Source: Selaginella moellendorffii (lineage: Eukaryota; Plantae; Lycopodiophyta). Taken from it: a DNA stretch of 64,000 nucleotides. Both the position numbers and the translations under genes were made by a program. Of the stretch, positions 36,469-48,530 are shown piece by piece. The stretch covers positions 461,889 to 525,888 of the forward strand of contig NW_003314328.1 of assembly GCF_000143415.4 (NCBI RefSeq). Reading direction: 5' to 3'. Position 1 is the stretch's first letter; each line of letters opens with the position of its first letter. The notes under the pieces were generated by a model, which saw nothing but the letters and a program-made list of their open reading frames with translations, had not been told where the DNA came from and did no database searches.

Positions 36469-37089
36469 AAGAGGACTCATTTTTCTCTTTTAGGCTAAAC
36501 TTTGTTTTGAGTTCCTTAGGAATGAAGCAATCTTGAAGGAACAGGTAGGCGTAAGAATAGGAACAGGAGTTGGCATAGGAACAGGGACAATAGGAGAAGG
36601 CATAGGGATAGGAGTTGGTGTTGGAGCAGGCGTAGGAGTAAGAGCGAGAACAAGGGATTACTGGTTATAGGTTACAAGTTCCTAGTTACTGGTTACGAGT
36701 TACCAGTTACCGGCTACTCCAGCGGCTACTCTGGCAGTTACCCTACAGGTCAATGGTTACGTGTGCTTGAGGCCTACATCTCCTCCTATTTCGACCCTTA
36801 TTTCTCTTCATCACAGGCATTTTGGGCAACTTTGAGCAACTTGAGCACAAGCCTGTAGTCTTCTTGCTCTTGTCAACCCAGTTGCCTTGACCAGGCATTT
36901 GCAGTGTTCAGGGTATTTGATGCCGGTATAAACCAGATGTGCGATAAATTGGCACCCTTTCACCATACCTCAAGGCCCTAAGGTATGGAGTAAACTTTCT
37001 AACATCCAAAGGTAGCTTAGGTATGACACAACACCTTCTCGGGCCGAGTCTTCTTCATCCTCGGCAGATTCCAGTGACTTAGATCTACG

Positions 37090-40000
37090 AGCTATGGCGC
37101 AACCACCTTTAGCTCGACCTCAGCTCCATGTTCTGCAGAAGGGGAGTGATCTGCCAACCTTCTCAGGTGTTGGAACAGTCTCTCTAACATCGCATATCAG
37201 TCACTTTGATTACTATTGCACCACAAACATGATCGTTGATGATGATCACCTGTGCCGCGACTTCTTGCAGTCTCTCGAAGGTAAAGCAGCAACTTGGGCA
37301 AATTCTCTCCTCCTAAAGGACTGAACAGACTTCCAGACACTACTTGCTTCTTTTAGTGAATGTTTCGTTGAAGAAAAACCCACAAGTCGGCTACTTGTCG
37401 ACCTCTTTTCGTTCCGGCAGGGTGTTCACGAGTCTGTTCCTGACTACATCACCCAGTTTCGAGCATACTAGAAGCAGTGTTGGGATCACAGAGTAGTCCA
37501 AAATGAGCAACAGGGGATCACGGAATTCACAGTGGGTCTACATGGGAACTTGCAATGGAAACTTCTTAAGAAGACATTTAGGTCTTGCTGCGAGGCATTT
37601 TCATTTGCCATGAAGCTGGAAAGAGAGCTTTTTGTCGACTTGGGGATTGCTAGAGTTGATTTCGACCAAGCCATCACCTCGTCAGAGTCACCTTGTGCAG
37701 CTGTTTACCTGTCCACAACAAAGCCCGTTGCTATCAAGCATACACCTCCGGCTATTGAGAACTTTACCAACGAGATGCGGCAGCTGAAGGAGATCATTCT
37801 TCAGTAGCAATCACACCATGATAAACTACTCCAGGAGCTGGTGGAGTCCAGGAAAGAGGCTGCTACAGCTCGGGAATGTAGATTTAAGTCCCGTTGGTGC
37901 ACTCACTACGAGACAAACACACATAACACACAACACTGCTTTAAACTTCACCTAGAGCTTTTGTCTCCACCTTTTCAATGTGTCCACCAACATCCCTTTG
38001 CAGATAATTCCACATCATCTCGGGGTCTAGAGACATATCAAGAGCAGTTGGAGCGACAAGCAATTGAGGTAGCCCCTTCGTCAAGCAAAGGCAAGGTACC
38101 CGTCTCATCAGTCAACATAATTTTGGTAGCCAAGGAACTCTATAGGCAACAGTAGCAAACCGCAGCCACTCGAGCCCAAGCGAAGAAGAAAGCAGCCACT
38201 CAGCCTCCCATAGATCCCCCAGCGTCGGGTGCAAGTGAATCTCTGTTGGCACCAGATCTAGTGACACAGAGGGTGGCTTGTAAGCACCCCTTCAAGTCAC
38301 TACTTGCTTCTCCTCCTGAGATCTCACCAACAACTATTCCTGTTTTGGAGTCGGTTCTTCAACAGTTGGTTGACACTCCCGTCACCTTTTCGCTCCGAGA
38401 CATGTTGTGTCTTGTCCCGGGATTCGGCCAGCATTTAGAGGAGTTTGCACAGTCAGAAACACCAAAGAGCACTTTCAAGAGGACTCCTCAAGATGTGCAC
38501 ATTGTCGACATGACAAGATATGGTGGAGATCCTAGTCCATTCTTCGTCCTAGTGAAGATTGGTACTTCCTCTTGTAGGATGGATGCTTTGGTTGACTCTG
38601 GTTCTGGAAGCAACATTATCTCTCTCAAAGTTGCCCTGTCTATACTATCTATACACAACTAGTAGAAAGAATCAAGCCAATCGGACATGCTGCATGCGAG
38701 TTATGGCTCTTTGAGTTTAGAATTTCCTATAGTGGAGCCCCTGGTATAGATCCAAGTGTATTACACTGAAACTTTAGCACCAGACTTGGACTTGACTTCA
38801 GCGGAGGATCTTCCTTCACTTGCAAAGTACCTGCTACAATCCTTCCATTGGACATTGAGCGCTCAGAGCATCAGAAGCAAAGAGAACAGACAAAGACTCC
38901 GGATCCAATAGCAACGTTTTTTCCTGACTTGCCAAAGACAGTCTTGCCGGATGTGGTGTCCCTAACATCTTTATTTGAAGAAGAGGACACTCCTATGATT
39001 ACAGCTTATTTTGACGGTGCTTTCTGCCCCAAAAACCAAGTTGCCAGCATTAGAGTTTGGATGATTGATTCTGCGGAGAACAAAGTAGCTGACCTCTCTA
39101 TCACTTTGCTAGCAACATCAGCTAATGAAGCAGAGTACTTGGTGGCTATTAGTGCCATGAAGTTGGCCACAGATCTCAAGTTTAGGTGTGTCACTTTCGT
39201 TGGAGATGCGCAACTCATCATACGCCAACTTACTGGAGAATACCAAGTCTGCAAAGAGAACCTGAAAGAGCTATGGCAGCAGGCGGTCAACTTGAAGGAT
39301 GAGTTCTCTCAGATGACTTTTCAATGTGTCCCTTGTGAAGAAAACTTTTGGGCAGACAGGTTATCACATCAAGCAATCACCATGATGTGAGAGGCAAAAG
39401 GCACTCCCTGCTCTTTGGTTTCCAAGGTCAGGGAGGAATCCAAGATAGATGAACCGCCTGAGCCCAAGGTTTCTCCAGACTCCAGGGTTCATGCCGTTTC
39501 CCTAGGTGATGACAAAGACCCGGTCTTTATCGCCACATCGCTTGCTTCAACAAATGCAGCAAAGATCTTGGATCTCCTTCACCATTTCAAGGACGTGTTT
39601 GCTTGGGACTACAGCTAGATGCAGCGTTTCAGCCCGGTAGCTCACTCAGAGATGAAGTTGGAGATCAAGCGACTTCTAGCAGCCAGCTTTATTTACCCTT
39701 TGGAGAGCTCAAAGTGGGTGGCCAATCTCATCCCCGCATGCAAGGCAAATGGAAAACTCCGCCTATGCGTTGACTTTCGAGACTTGAACAAGGCAATTGC
39801 GAAAGATCACTTTCTAGCTCCATTTATCGATGCGATTGTGGATGAGATGGCCGAACACCATTACTACTCCTTCATGGATGGCTTTTCAGGGCACAACCAG
39901 ATCTGCATTCATCCTGATCATTGAAATCTTACGGCCTTCCGAACATCTTGGGGCATCTTCACTTTCAACGTCCTCCCATTTGGCTTGTGTAACGCTGGAG

Positions 40001-42130
40001 CTACGTTTCAGCGCTTTATGACCCAAGCCTTTCATGACTTGATTGGAGGCACCTTGAGGGTGTATATGGATGATCTGTGCATGACCTCTAACTCCTTTGA
40101 GGACCACCTTGTGCACTTGGAGCAGATCTTCACTTGATGCCGATAATATAGGTTTTTATTGAACTCAGCAAAGTGTAAATTCGGGGTGACTGAAGGCCAG
40201 TTGCTAGGCTTTGATGTCTCACAGGATGAGATCAAGAACCAGGTAGACAAGGCTCAGGAGATTCTGGATCAGAACCCACCAACCAACATGAAGCAACTTC
40301 GCAGCTTCCTCGAGCAGACGGGTTTCTTTCGCCATTTCCTCCACAACTATGCTGCATGTTCATGGCCTCTAATAGCTCTGCTACAACACAACGTTCCATT
40401 TTTCTGGGGTGAGTCCCAGCAACAAGCCTTTGAATCACTAAAGCAATCACTCCGCACGGCCCCGGTACTCCAACCACTAGAACGACAACTTCCTTTCGAC
40501 ATTTACGTCACAATGGGTACAGAGGCTTTTGGGGTATGCCTTTGCCAAAGTGCACAGCCTAGCAAGCCACCACATGCAACATACTATGCCTCACATTTGT
40601 TCAAGAAGACTGAGAAGAAGTACGTTGATGCAGAAAAAGAAGTAATGGCTATTGTTTACACCTTGGAGCGATTTCGTCACTTTCTCGCTGGAGCCTGTAT
40701 CCATTTCCACGTCTATTTTAAATTGTTGACCTTTCTTTTACAGCGACCAATTCATAGTCCTTGTACTTTTATCTTGGATTGTAACCATCCAAGAGTTCCA
40801 GCCAACTTTTCACACGCGCCGGAAGCGTGTGATGGATCCGAGCGAGTTTCTGGTTACTGAAGCTACTTCCTTTGTGGTCCCAGCAGCATTACAGGACATT
40901 GTAGTGTACCTGGATTCAGGTCAGTTCCTATCAAATTCCTCACCAGTACAACAAAAGGCATTGGAGATCTGAGCACAGGGGTTTTGCCTTCTCGATGGAC
41001 ACCTTTACAGGAGAACTTCTCAGGAAGTTTTGTTGCGGTGTGTGGGTGAACATGAGGTCCCTGAGCTCCTTCACGCTTTTCACTCTTGTGCAGGGCATTT
41101 CTCGGGATGGGTCACAGCACAACTCCTCTTGTGCTATGGCTACTTTTGGCCTTGGATTCACCAGGACAGCTTGGCCTATGCCAAGGCATGTGAGCAGTGC
41201 CAACGGTTCAACCCCCAAAGCCATGTTCCATGTCTTCCTTTCCAGCTCATCACTTTTCCGGGTCCCTTTTTCCAGTGGGGACTTGACTTCATCAGCCCGA
41301 TCAACCCACCGAGCTCAAATGGACAGCGATACATCATCGTGGTGATAGACTATTTCACAAAATGGGTTGAGGCCACCCCTTTGTGACAGGCAGATCAACA
41401 ATCTACAGCAAAATTTGTCTACGAGTACATTATTTGTCTATTCAGAGTTCCTACCGTTTTGATTTCCAATCGTGGCAGCAGCTTCCTTGGACAAGTGATG
41501 CAGCATCTTCTCCAACGGCTGCAAGTCAAGCACATGAAGAGCAGCAGCTATTATCCTGAGTGCAATGGCCAAGCTGAGTCCAGCAATAAGATATTGAAAA
41601 CAGTCATCTCAAAGCTTGTGGAGGATCACCCAAGGTGTTGGCACGAGCACTTAGTTACGGCGTTATGGGCCTTTTGGATGTCCTTCAAGACATCCATCTC
41701 TGCGACCCCATTCTCCCTTGTCTATGGGACAGAGGCCGTGCTTTCAATGGAGATCCAGGTGCCATCACTCTCACTTTCACTTCGATACGCAGCAGCAATG
41801 CAGCTTAGTGATGAGGACAAGCTTCATGCACATGACTTGGAGGTTCTTGCCTTGGAAGAACAGTGACGATCCACATCGGAACATCTCCTTTGAGGCAAGC
41901 AGAAGATCAATTCAGTCATTGATCACCAGCGGTCTGCCGAACCATTCGAGGATGGCAATCTTGTTCTACTCAAGGAGTTTACGCCACCTTTGAAGTTCTC
42001 CCCTTGCTGGACTGGCCCCTACTTTGTCCAATGACACATTGGAGGTGGAGCATATGTGCTAGTTGATGCTGATGGACATGAGCTCCCACACGCTTATAAC
42101 CACTCTCACCTCAAATGCTTCATCCGGTGA
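37090..42130 (+). mobile_element. Degenerate Tat-like Ty3/Gypsy gag-pol, order gag-PR-aRH-RT-RH-INT; LTR limits not resolved
   Basis: ALVDSGS protease, YFDGA..NEAEY..GDAQL..ADRL extra RNase H, LRLCVDFRDLNKA..YMDD RT, WGLDFI..DYFTKWVEA..NGQAE integrase. Many stops. Possible PPT at ~43592-43600. Confidence 0.88.
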
Positions 42131-45100
42131 GGCGTTCCTCTTCTCTTTTTTTCTATTCCTTCTTTTCTTTCACTTTACTTTCATGACTCTTTTTCTTACT
42201 TTCAGGGGGTGTTTCTCCATTGGACCATGGCCCATGCCTTGGATTTCGTGCTCAGGCTGCATTGCTGTTTGTATGGAGGTTCCTTGCTTGGCTCGGTCTA
42301 TGTTCTAGGTTCTCTGGCCCTTCCCGTACCATCACTATACCCCACACATTTCCCACACTCATTCCATATCATCTACACTCACAGTTCCATCACCAATCAC
42401 TTCCAGCAGTATTGCCCACACTTATCTCTAGATGCCTGTCTTGCATCTTTCATTCTTTCACCATCATTCACACCTCCGTTTGAGGTCATATTTACACCAT
42501 ACCACGGACACACATACGTGCACTAAAGCAAAAGACACCACCTCATTTAGACATGTTGTTTCCGAGATATCCTTATGACCATTTGCCGACAATGCACTAG
42601 CTTTTCTGGAGTGACTTTCTTCCAACCGGGTGAACCTGTTCACTCAAGGCACCTAGGTGGATCTTTAGGCGAGGCCACAGAAGCTGAAGTCACTTTCTTC
42701 TGCTCTAGCACTCAGTGGACACATGCCACCTCTCTTTACTGGCAACCTAGCGACTACGCTGTCCTTTTCAGCTGTTGACTTCTTCAGTCCGACACATCAG
42801 ACTGGCCACCTTCTCAGAGTGCCACCACCATTTTGGCGCTCCACCATATCAATGCTAGAGCAGGCACAGGAGTAGGAGCGAGAGCACATGGTTACCAGTT
42901 ATAGATACCCGGTTATTGGTTATCAGTTACCGGCTACTCCGAGAGGTCAGCGCTTACTCTACGGGCCAACAGCTATCAATGGCCACCTTTTCAGAGTGCC
43001 ACCACCATCTCGGCACTCCACCATATCACTCCATCTTTCATCATTTCCACACTTACCACCCTTGGGCAGTGTATCCCCTCTTTTACCTCTCTTTTTTTCT
43101 AAAATTTGGCCAACCCTTGGAGCATATTAGAAGTTATCAAGAGGCTGCATTTGCATATTACACTTTCTGAGCTAAAATCTAGATACGAGTTAAGTTCTTT
43201 GGGTACTCACTCTTTTTCCTCTATTTTCCTCCTCTTTTCACACTTTTTCTGCACTTTTTCTTCAACTTCAGGGTCCAATTTGACTACAGGATTTCCCACA
43301 AGGTTTTCCTCCCTGTCTTTAAACTTCACACCTACCTCTTTTCTCCCCTTTTCCACTTTGTTTTCTAGAGTTTCTACTATTTCACACAGCTACCAACACT
43401 TGGCATCAGTAGCAGAGGTACATTCTACACTCTTCGGCGGGTTCTTGCACGTCTGGAGCTAGCACGATCCACCATGGTCACATGTTAGGGCATGGCCATT
43501 AAGAGAGTGAGAGAGAGAGAGAGAGTGGGAATATTTTAGTCCTTAGAATATTCCCCATCTTCCTTGTATAAAACCCTTGCCCCACAAGGGCAAGGAGGGG
43601 CATTTTGTAGAGAGCATTGAAGCATTTCTCATGTTTGAGTGAGTGTTGGGGGAGGTGCCCCTCCTTCCCTTAATAGGGTGTACTTAGAGAATGAGTTGGT
43701 ATTCTCATCACATGGACAAACAGTCCTAAGGAGCAAAGGTAGCCCATATGGAGCAAAGAATAATCAAATGTCAGAGTAACACTTGCAAGAATGGTCCTTA
43801 TAAGTAGGACATGAATACAAGAAATTGTATTCTAAAGAGCTGGCACCTAAAAAATGGGACCTTATAGGTCGTCAAATTAGTAAAGTCCAAAAAGCTAGAT
43901 GACTCGAGTGGAGTCAAGGAATGGTCCTAGAGGATTGGTGGAAGCATTTGGACTGAGGTGTGTTGTACCCCATGAAGGATGGGGAGGATCATAAGATCCA
44001 AATATGAGAATAGTGGGTATCTCATTGATGGCAGAATATGTCATACTAAAGTCGTGGGAAAGGTGTTCCAAAAAAAAAGCAACTTTGGCATAGAATTGTG
44101 TATGAACACTATAGTGTAGTGTTAACTGATAGTTGGCATGAAAAATGACTGTTTTGGTCTTGGCAAAGACCCAGACACAAGTGGGAAGTGTCATAAAGGT
44201 AAGCTTGTAAAGCCGAGGGTGTGGAGACACTAAATGTGCCAAGGCGTGATGTCTTGAGGTCAAGTTGGCGGGTTTATGAGAACCCCTTCCCAAAGAAATC
44301 CTAATGGATATGGGAATGGCATAGCCTAAGTTGAAAGGCATGCAATTGGAGTATGGTGACCCCAATAATGATGGAGATGTGGAAGCACTAGTAATGAGTT
44401 GTAGGACTTGACAATTATGAGGTAACTAAGCAAAAGGTGCAAAATAATTAATTAAACTAGTAGAAGGTAGCTACCTAAAACTTTTTATTAGGATAAGAAA
44501 GTTAAATATACCCTTAAAAGGGTTAAATTGCTTATATTGCAATATAGTAAGTTAATGTTGTAAAAAGAATGTTTATTGTCAAGAAGCCATCATTGGGATA
44601 CCTAAACACTCTAAAACACCAGAAAGTGGTGTTTGGTGTTGTGAGGGCATTAGATAAGGCTCAAGGGATTAAGTCCTTAGCAAATGATAGATAGGAGGTG
44701 CTATTCAAATGTCCAATGTTGTGGAGATGGGAGAAGTCCATCTACCCAAATTGGACAAAGCCAAAAGGGGATTTTGGCAAGATTAGTGATGAATAAAAGC
44801 CCATAAACAGCAACGTTAATCCTGGTGTGTGGGATTACAAGGTGAGCATACCTGGATTGAGGAACCACCCCTTAAGCTATCAGGTAGGTTCATCCCTATT
44901 AATACTTGCTAAGGCATGGTAGAAAGTGCAAAGCTATCCTTCTAATCTGGAAGAGAATAACCGAAGGGAACATATGAGGCCAAAAAGCAAATAGTAAAGG
45001 GATAGAACTGAACCATAGGAATCGAAGGGCATAACCAAGGGTGGCTATGCAAGTCGGGAATGGAGAATCAAGTGGGTGCTCGAGCAGGTTGTCACTAGCA

Positions 45101-45242
45101 ACCATGATGCCATGGAGAGTTTAAAGCATGGAATTGTCTATATTAGACTATATGACAATTAGAAAGCTTGCAAAAAGAGAGACTTAGCAAGCTAAGGAAC
45201 AGAGTTCCTTGAAGGTTCCTAAAGACAATTTTAGGTAAATAA

Positions 45243-45914
45243 TGTAGTGCACCTTATCTCTCTCCCCTTAAGCCAACTGGAAAGGAGGCAATTGCTTGAT
45301 GAGAGAGCCCTTAGTGGCTATTTTATCCCTATTTATCCCCAAGGTTCCAAAGATCCACGGTGACACTATATCCAAATCTCATCCCATGATCACATGCGCT
45401 ATACTCACCCCCCCTTTAGAGATGTCAATGTCCTCATTGACTATTGACTAACAACCCCTACTGAGCCAAGGGAAACCACCACCTCCATTTCCGCACTCAA
45501 TCTACCAATCCTTCCATTGTGTAATCCAGCTATTCCATGTGAGGCAACTAGTCATCCACCCATACCGCAGTCCCACGGTGGATACCTTCATCCGTAGATA
45601 CTCCACACAAGAGGAAGGACGTACGTATGGATGTCTAATATATACGATTTCAAATTTAGGGGTAGGAATATATCTTGCTCAAGGGTATATTATATTTTTA
45701 AGTAGCCACTAATCAATGGGAATTGAACCTATGCCATTTGCTCCGATACCAAATGTAGCGCACCTTATCTCTCTCCCCTTAAGCCAACTGGAAAAAGGGC
45801 AATTGTTTGATGAGAGAACCTTTAGTGGCTATTTTATCCCCATTTATCCCCAAGGTTCCAAGGATCCACGGTGACAGTATATCCAAATCTCATCCCGTGA
45901 TCACATGCACTACA
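45243..45914 (-). mobile_element. TRIM copy 2 (LTRs 45243-45403, 45754-45914)
   Basis: Same LTR and internal sequence as copy 1. PBS TGGTATCGGAGC. TSD AATAA/GATAA (one mismatch). Confidence 0.93.
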
Positions 45915-46169
45915 GATAACTACCTAGAAGCCAAGTGTAAATGATTCATAGAGCGTGCAAAATTAGAGTGGCACAGCAGAAGCGTGGTTTTGGAGCTTGC
46001 TATAAGGCAAGGGTATCAAGGTTAGGGAAGCAATTCCCGAGTGTTTAAAGAAAAGGCTTTGAATGAAAGTCGATGGTTAAGGACGCTTATGCATGAAACC
46101 ATGTTACAGTGGTCGGATGACTTGTTAGGTGAGATTGGCAAGTCGGGGAACAAATACCCTAATTGAAGG

Positions 46170-47547
46170 TGTTAACGTCAAAAGCATCTCGGACTCCATC
46201 TCCAATTCCATCTCAAACTCCATCTCGGATTCCATCTCGGACTCCATCTTGGGTCCATCTCGGACTCCATCTCGGACACTTCCACATGTCATGTGTTGGT
46301 CCTCTTATGTCCCTTTTCTAGAGACTCACTTATTGCTCACTTCGTGCTTGTTCCTCGAGCACTTCGTTGGGAGTTCCACTCCCACTTTCAACCTTTCAAG
46401 TCGGAGCTTTAAGTCTAAATGTGTTATGCTCGTTTAGTTTTTGTTTTGGCCACCACCACATGGTGCCCTTTCGGCTCCACTTTGGGGCTTAGGGATTTGT
46501 GTCTCACAACTCCACCACCTATAGACGAAGTTCGATATCCTCATTGAACGATAAACTATTTTATAAAGTAATACCAACATGTATTACCTTTTCCATCCTT
46601 AGCACTTAGCCAATATTCGTCAATGGTTTAACACCGAAGGCTCACCATATCTTGTCCATCCTTTAAGGAGCATAGTTTCTCCAACTTAGAGACTCATTCG
46701 ACCATTTGTGGTGGTTATCTCCTTTTATTGATTTAGTCCTTGTTAAACCTGTTAGAGACACATTCTCTATCTCAATCCCATTACTCATTTTCAAGTAGTC
46801 TTAGTTTCCATTGATATAACCTTTACACTTTGGAACTTTTAATTTCGACTTCTTAGAGTCAATTTTCCTAGGTGTCTCTAACACCTTTCATTGCACATAT
46901 TGTGCAACTCCATTTCCCCATCTTAGGAAGTTCTCTACTTAAGGGCACTATCATCATTTTTTCTATTTCGTGCCACCTTTGGCACTAAATTCCAGTTATC
47001 ATAATTTGTGCTAAGGCTGTCCATAGCCCTATCATTTGGCTACCTTACTGCTCCCTCCCTTGGAACTTCCATTTTCACCAAATCGGAGCAATTGAGAATC
47101 CATCTTTAGAAAAATATTGTTTTTCCCACAATCCGTTAGTATCTAACACATTAGTATTTCTGGCTTAACTTTGCTATTTAGATTCTTTCCCATAATTCCT
47201 ATGGCTCTTTTCTTAGCCTCTAGTCTTTTGCTCCTATCCTTGATCATTGCACCCGGCAACATAGGATCACTACCTCCATTCTCGAGGTATCCTTTCAGTT
47301 CCATAGCAAAGAATTTGCTTTGCCAAGTCCAGAGGGTGTTCACCCTTAGTACATCTTTTTAGCATTTTCTACTGTGGGCTCTATCCATGGCTCAACTTTA
47401 TGACCCTCCCATGGGTCTTTTATAGAGACTACTTTCTTCGGCTTCACTATACCATCACCTTGACATAGCTCATTTCCCTTAAGTGTTCTTCCCACTTGGT
47501 CACCTTGCCCAAGCCACACCATCATTAATAATTCAAATCAACGTTTT
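46170..47547 (-). mobile_element. 3' part of older Gypsy element (partial 3' LTR ~46170-46508, PPT 46509-46520); continues at 57685-~58260 beyond the nested chromovirus
   Basis: 12-bp CATCTCGGACTC repeats, ...tctcaca end, PPT AGGTGGTGGAGT nearly identical to the chromovirus PPT. Confidence 0.72.
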
Positions 47548-48349
47548 TGTAAGCCACAAATTTTTCCTTTCCAATTTGCCAGCTTACCTCGTCTATCCGT
47601 CCAACACCGCCTTGGCTTTTGCTAAGTTCCCTTGCCAAGGTTCTCGCCTATGGTACCAGATCCTACCTAGTCTCAGCTACTCACTGCACGAGCAACGGAG
47701 TGTTAGCCATCCATCCACGGATTCCCAAATCACTCCCAATCCCCCTCCTCGGGTTAGACTGGACTTAAGGTTCGGTTACACTCCCCACAAGCACAAGCAG
47801 CCAAGCACACCAAGCTTCCAGGTTCCTAACATCCTTTGGTACCACAAGACTTGATCATGGGACCCTCTAAATCCCAAGTCTTGAGTGCAACACTTGCTTC
47901 GGGACGCCGAGGCGAAACACCGTGGCCTAGCGGCCCGGTATGGGTACCTCTCGCCCCCCACTCCCATCCCGAAGGAAGGCCCAAGCCCCTAGGAAGGGCG
48001 AGGACCAATGAGCCGCATGGTACTCAAGTGGGGCACCACTCCACATGAGCCGGGAGCACCGCAATCGGTTTCCCTTTCGGGAGTGGGAGCTGCTCTTGAG
48101 CACTTCCTTGGATGGCCCCTCCGGCACCAACCAAGTCCATGCTCACTCCCACCCAAGGCCCCTCGGTCCCAGTCCCAACCTCAAGTCAGTTTGGGAGCCC
48201 CACTGGAGAGTCCCTTCCAAACTGGTTCCTGGACCTCACTATCCCTACTATACTTTTGGAACCCCCTGCAGCCCCCCCCCCCCCCCTGGGAGACGCACGC
48301 TTTGGGCTTTCACCCCTTGACCCGTATTAGTATTTGGACTTAGTCTCTG

Positions 48350-48530
48350 GCTCGATCTCGGACCCGATTTCGGATCCGACTTCGGATTCGGTCTCGGACT
48401 CAATCTCGGACTCGATCTCGGACTCGATCTCGGACCCGATCTCGGACTCGATCTCGGACCCGATCTCGGACTCGATCTTGGACCCGATCTCGGACCCGAC
48501 CTCGGACTCGACCTCGGACTCGGTCTCAGA
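48350..48530. repeat. 12-bp tandem array (GATCTCGGAC(T/C)C) in LTR; counterpart 57336-57455 is 60 bp shorter
   Basis: Direct inspection. Related arrays at 46186-46280 and 58370-58620. Confidence 0.93.

Noticed and set aside
48350-48530. CRISPR-like array
   Set aside because: Contiguous tandem units with no unique spacers, eukaryotic context and no cas genes.
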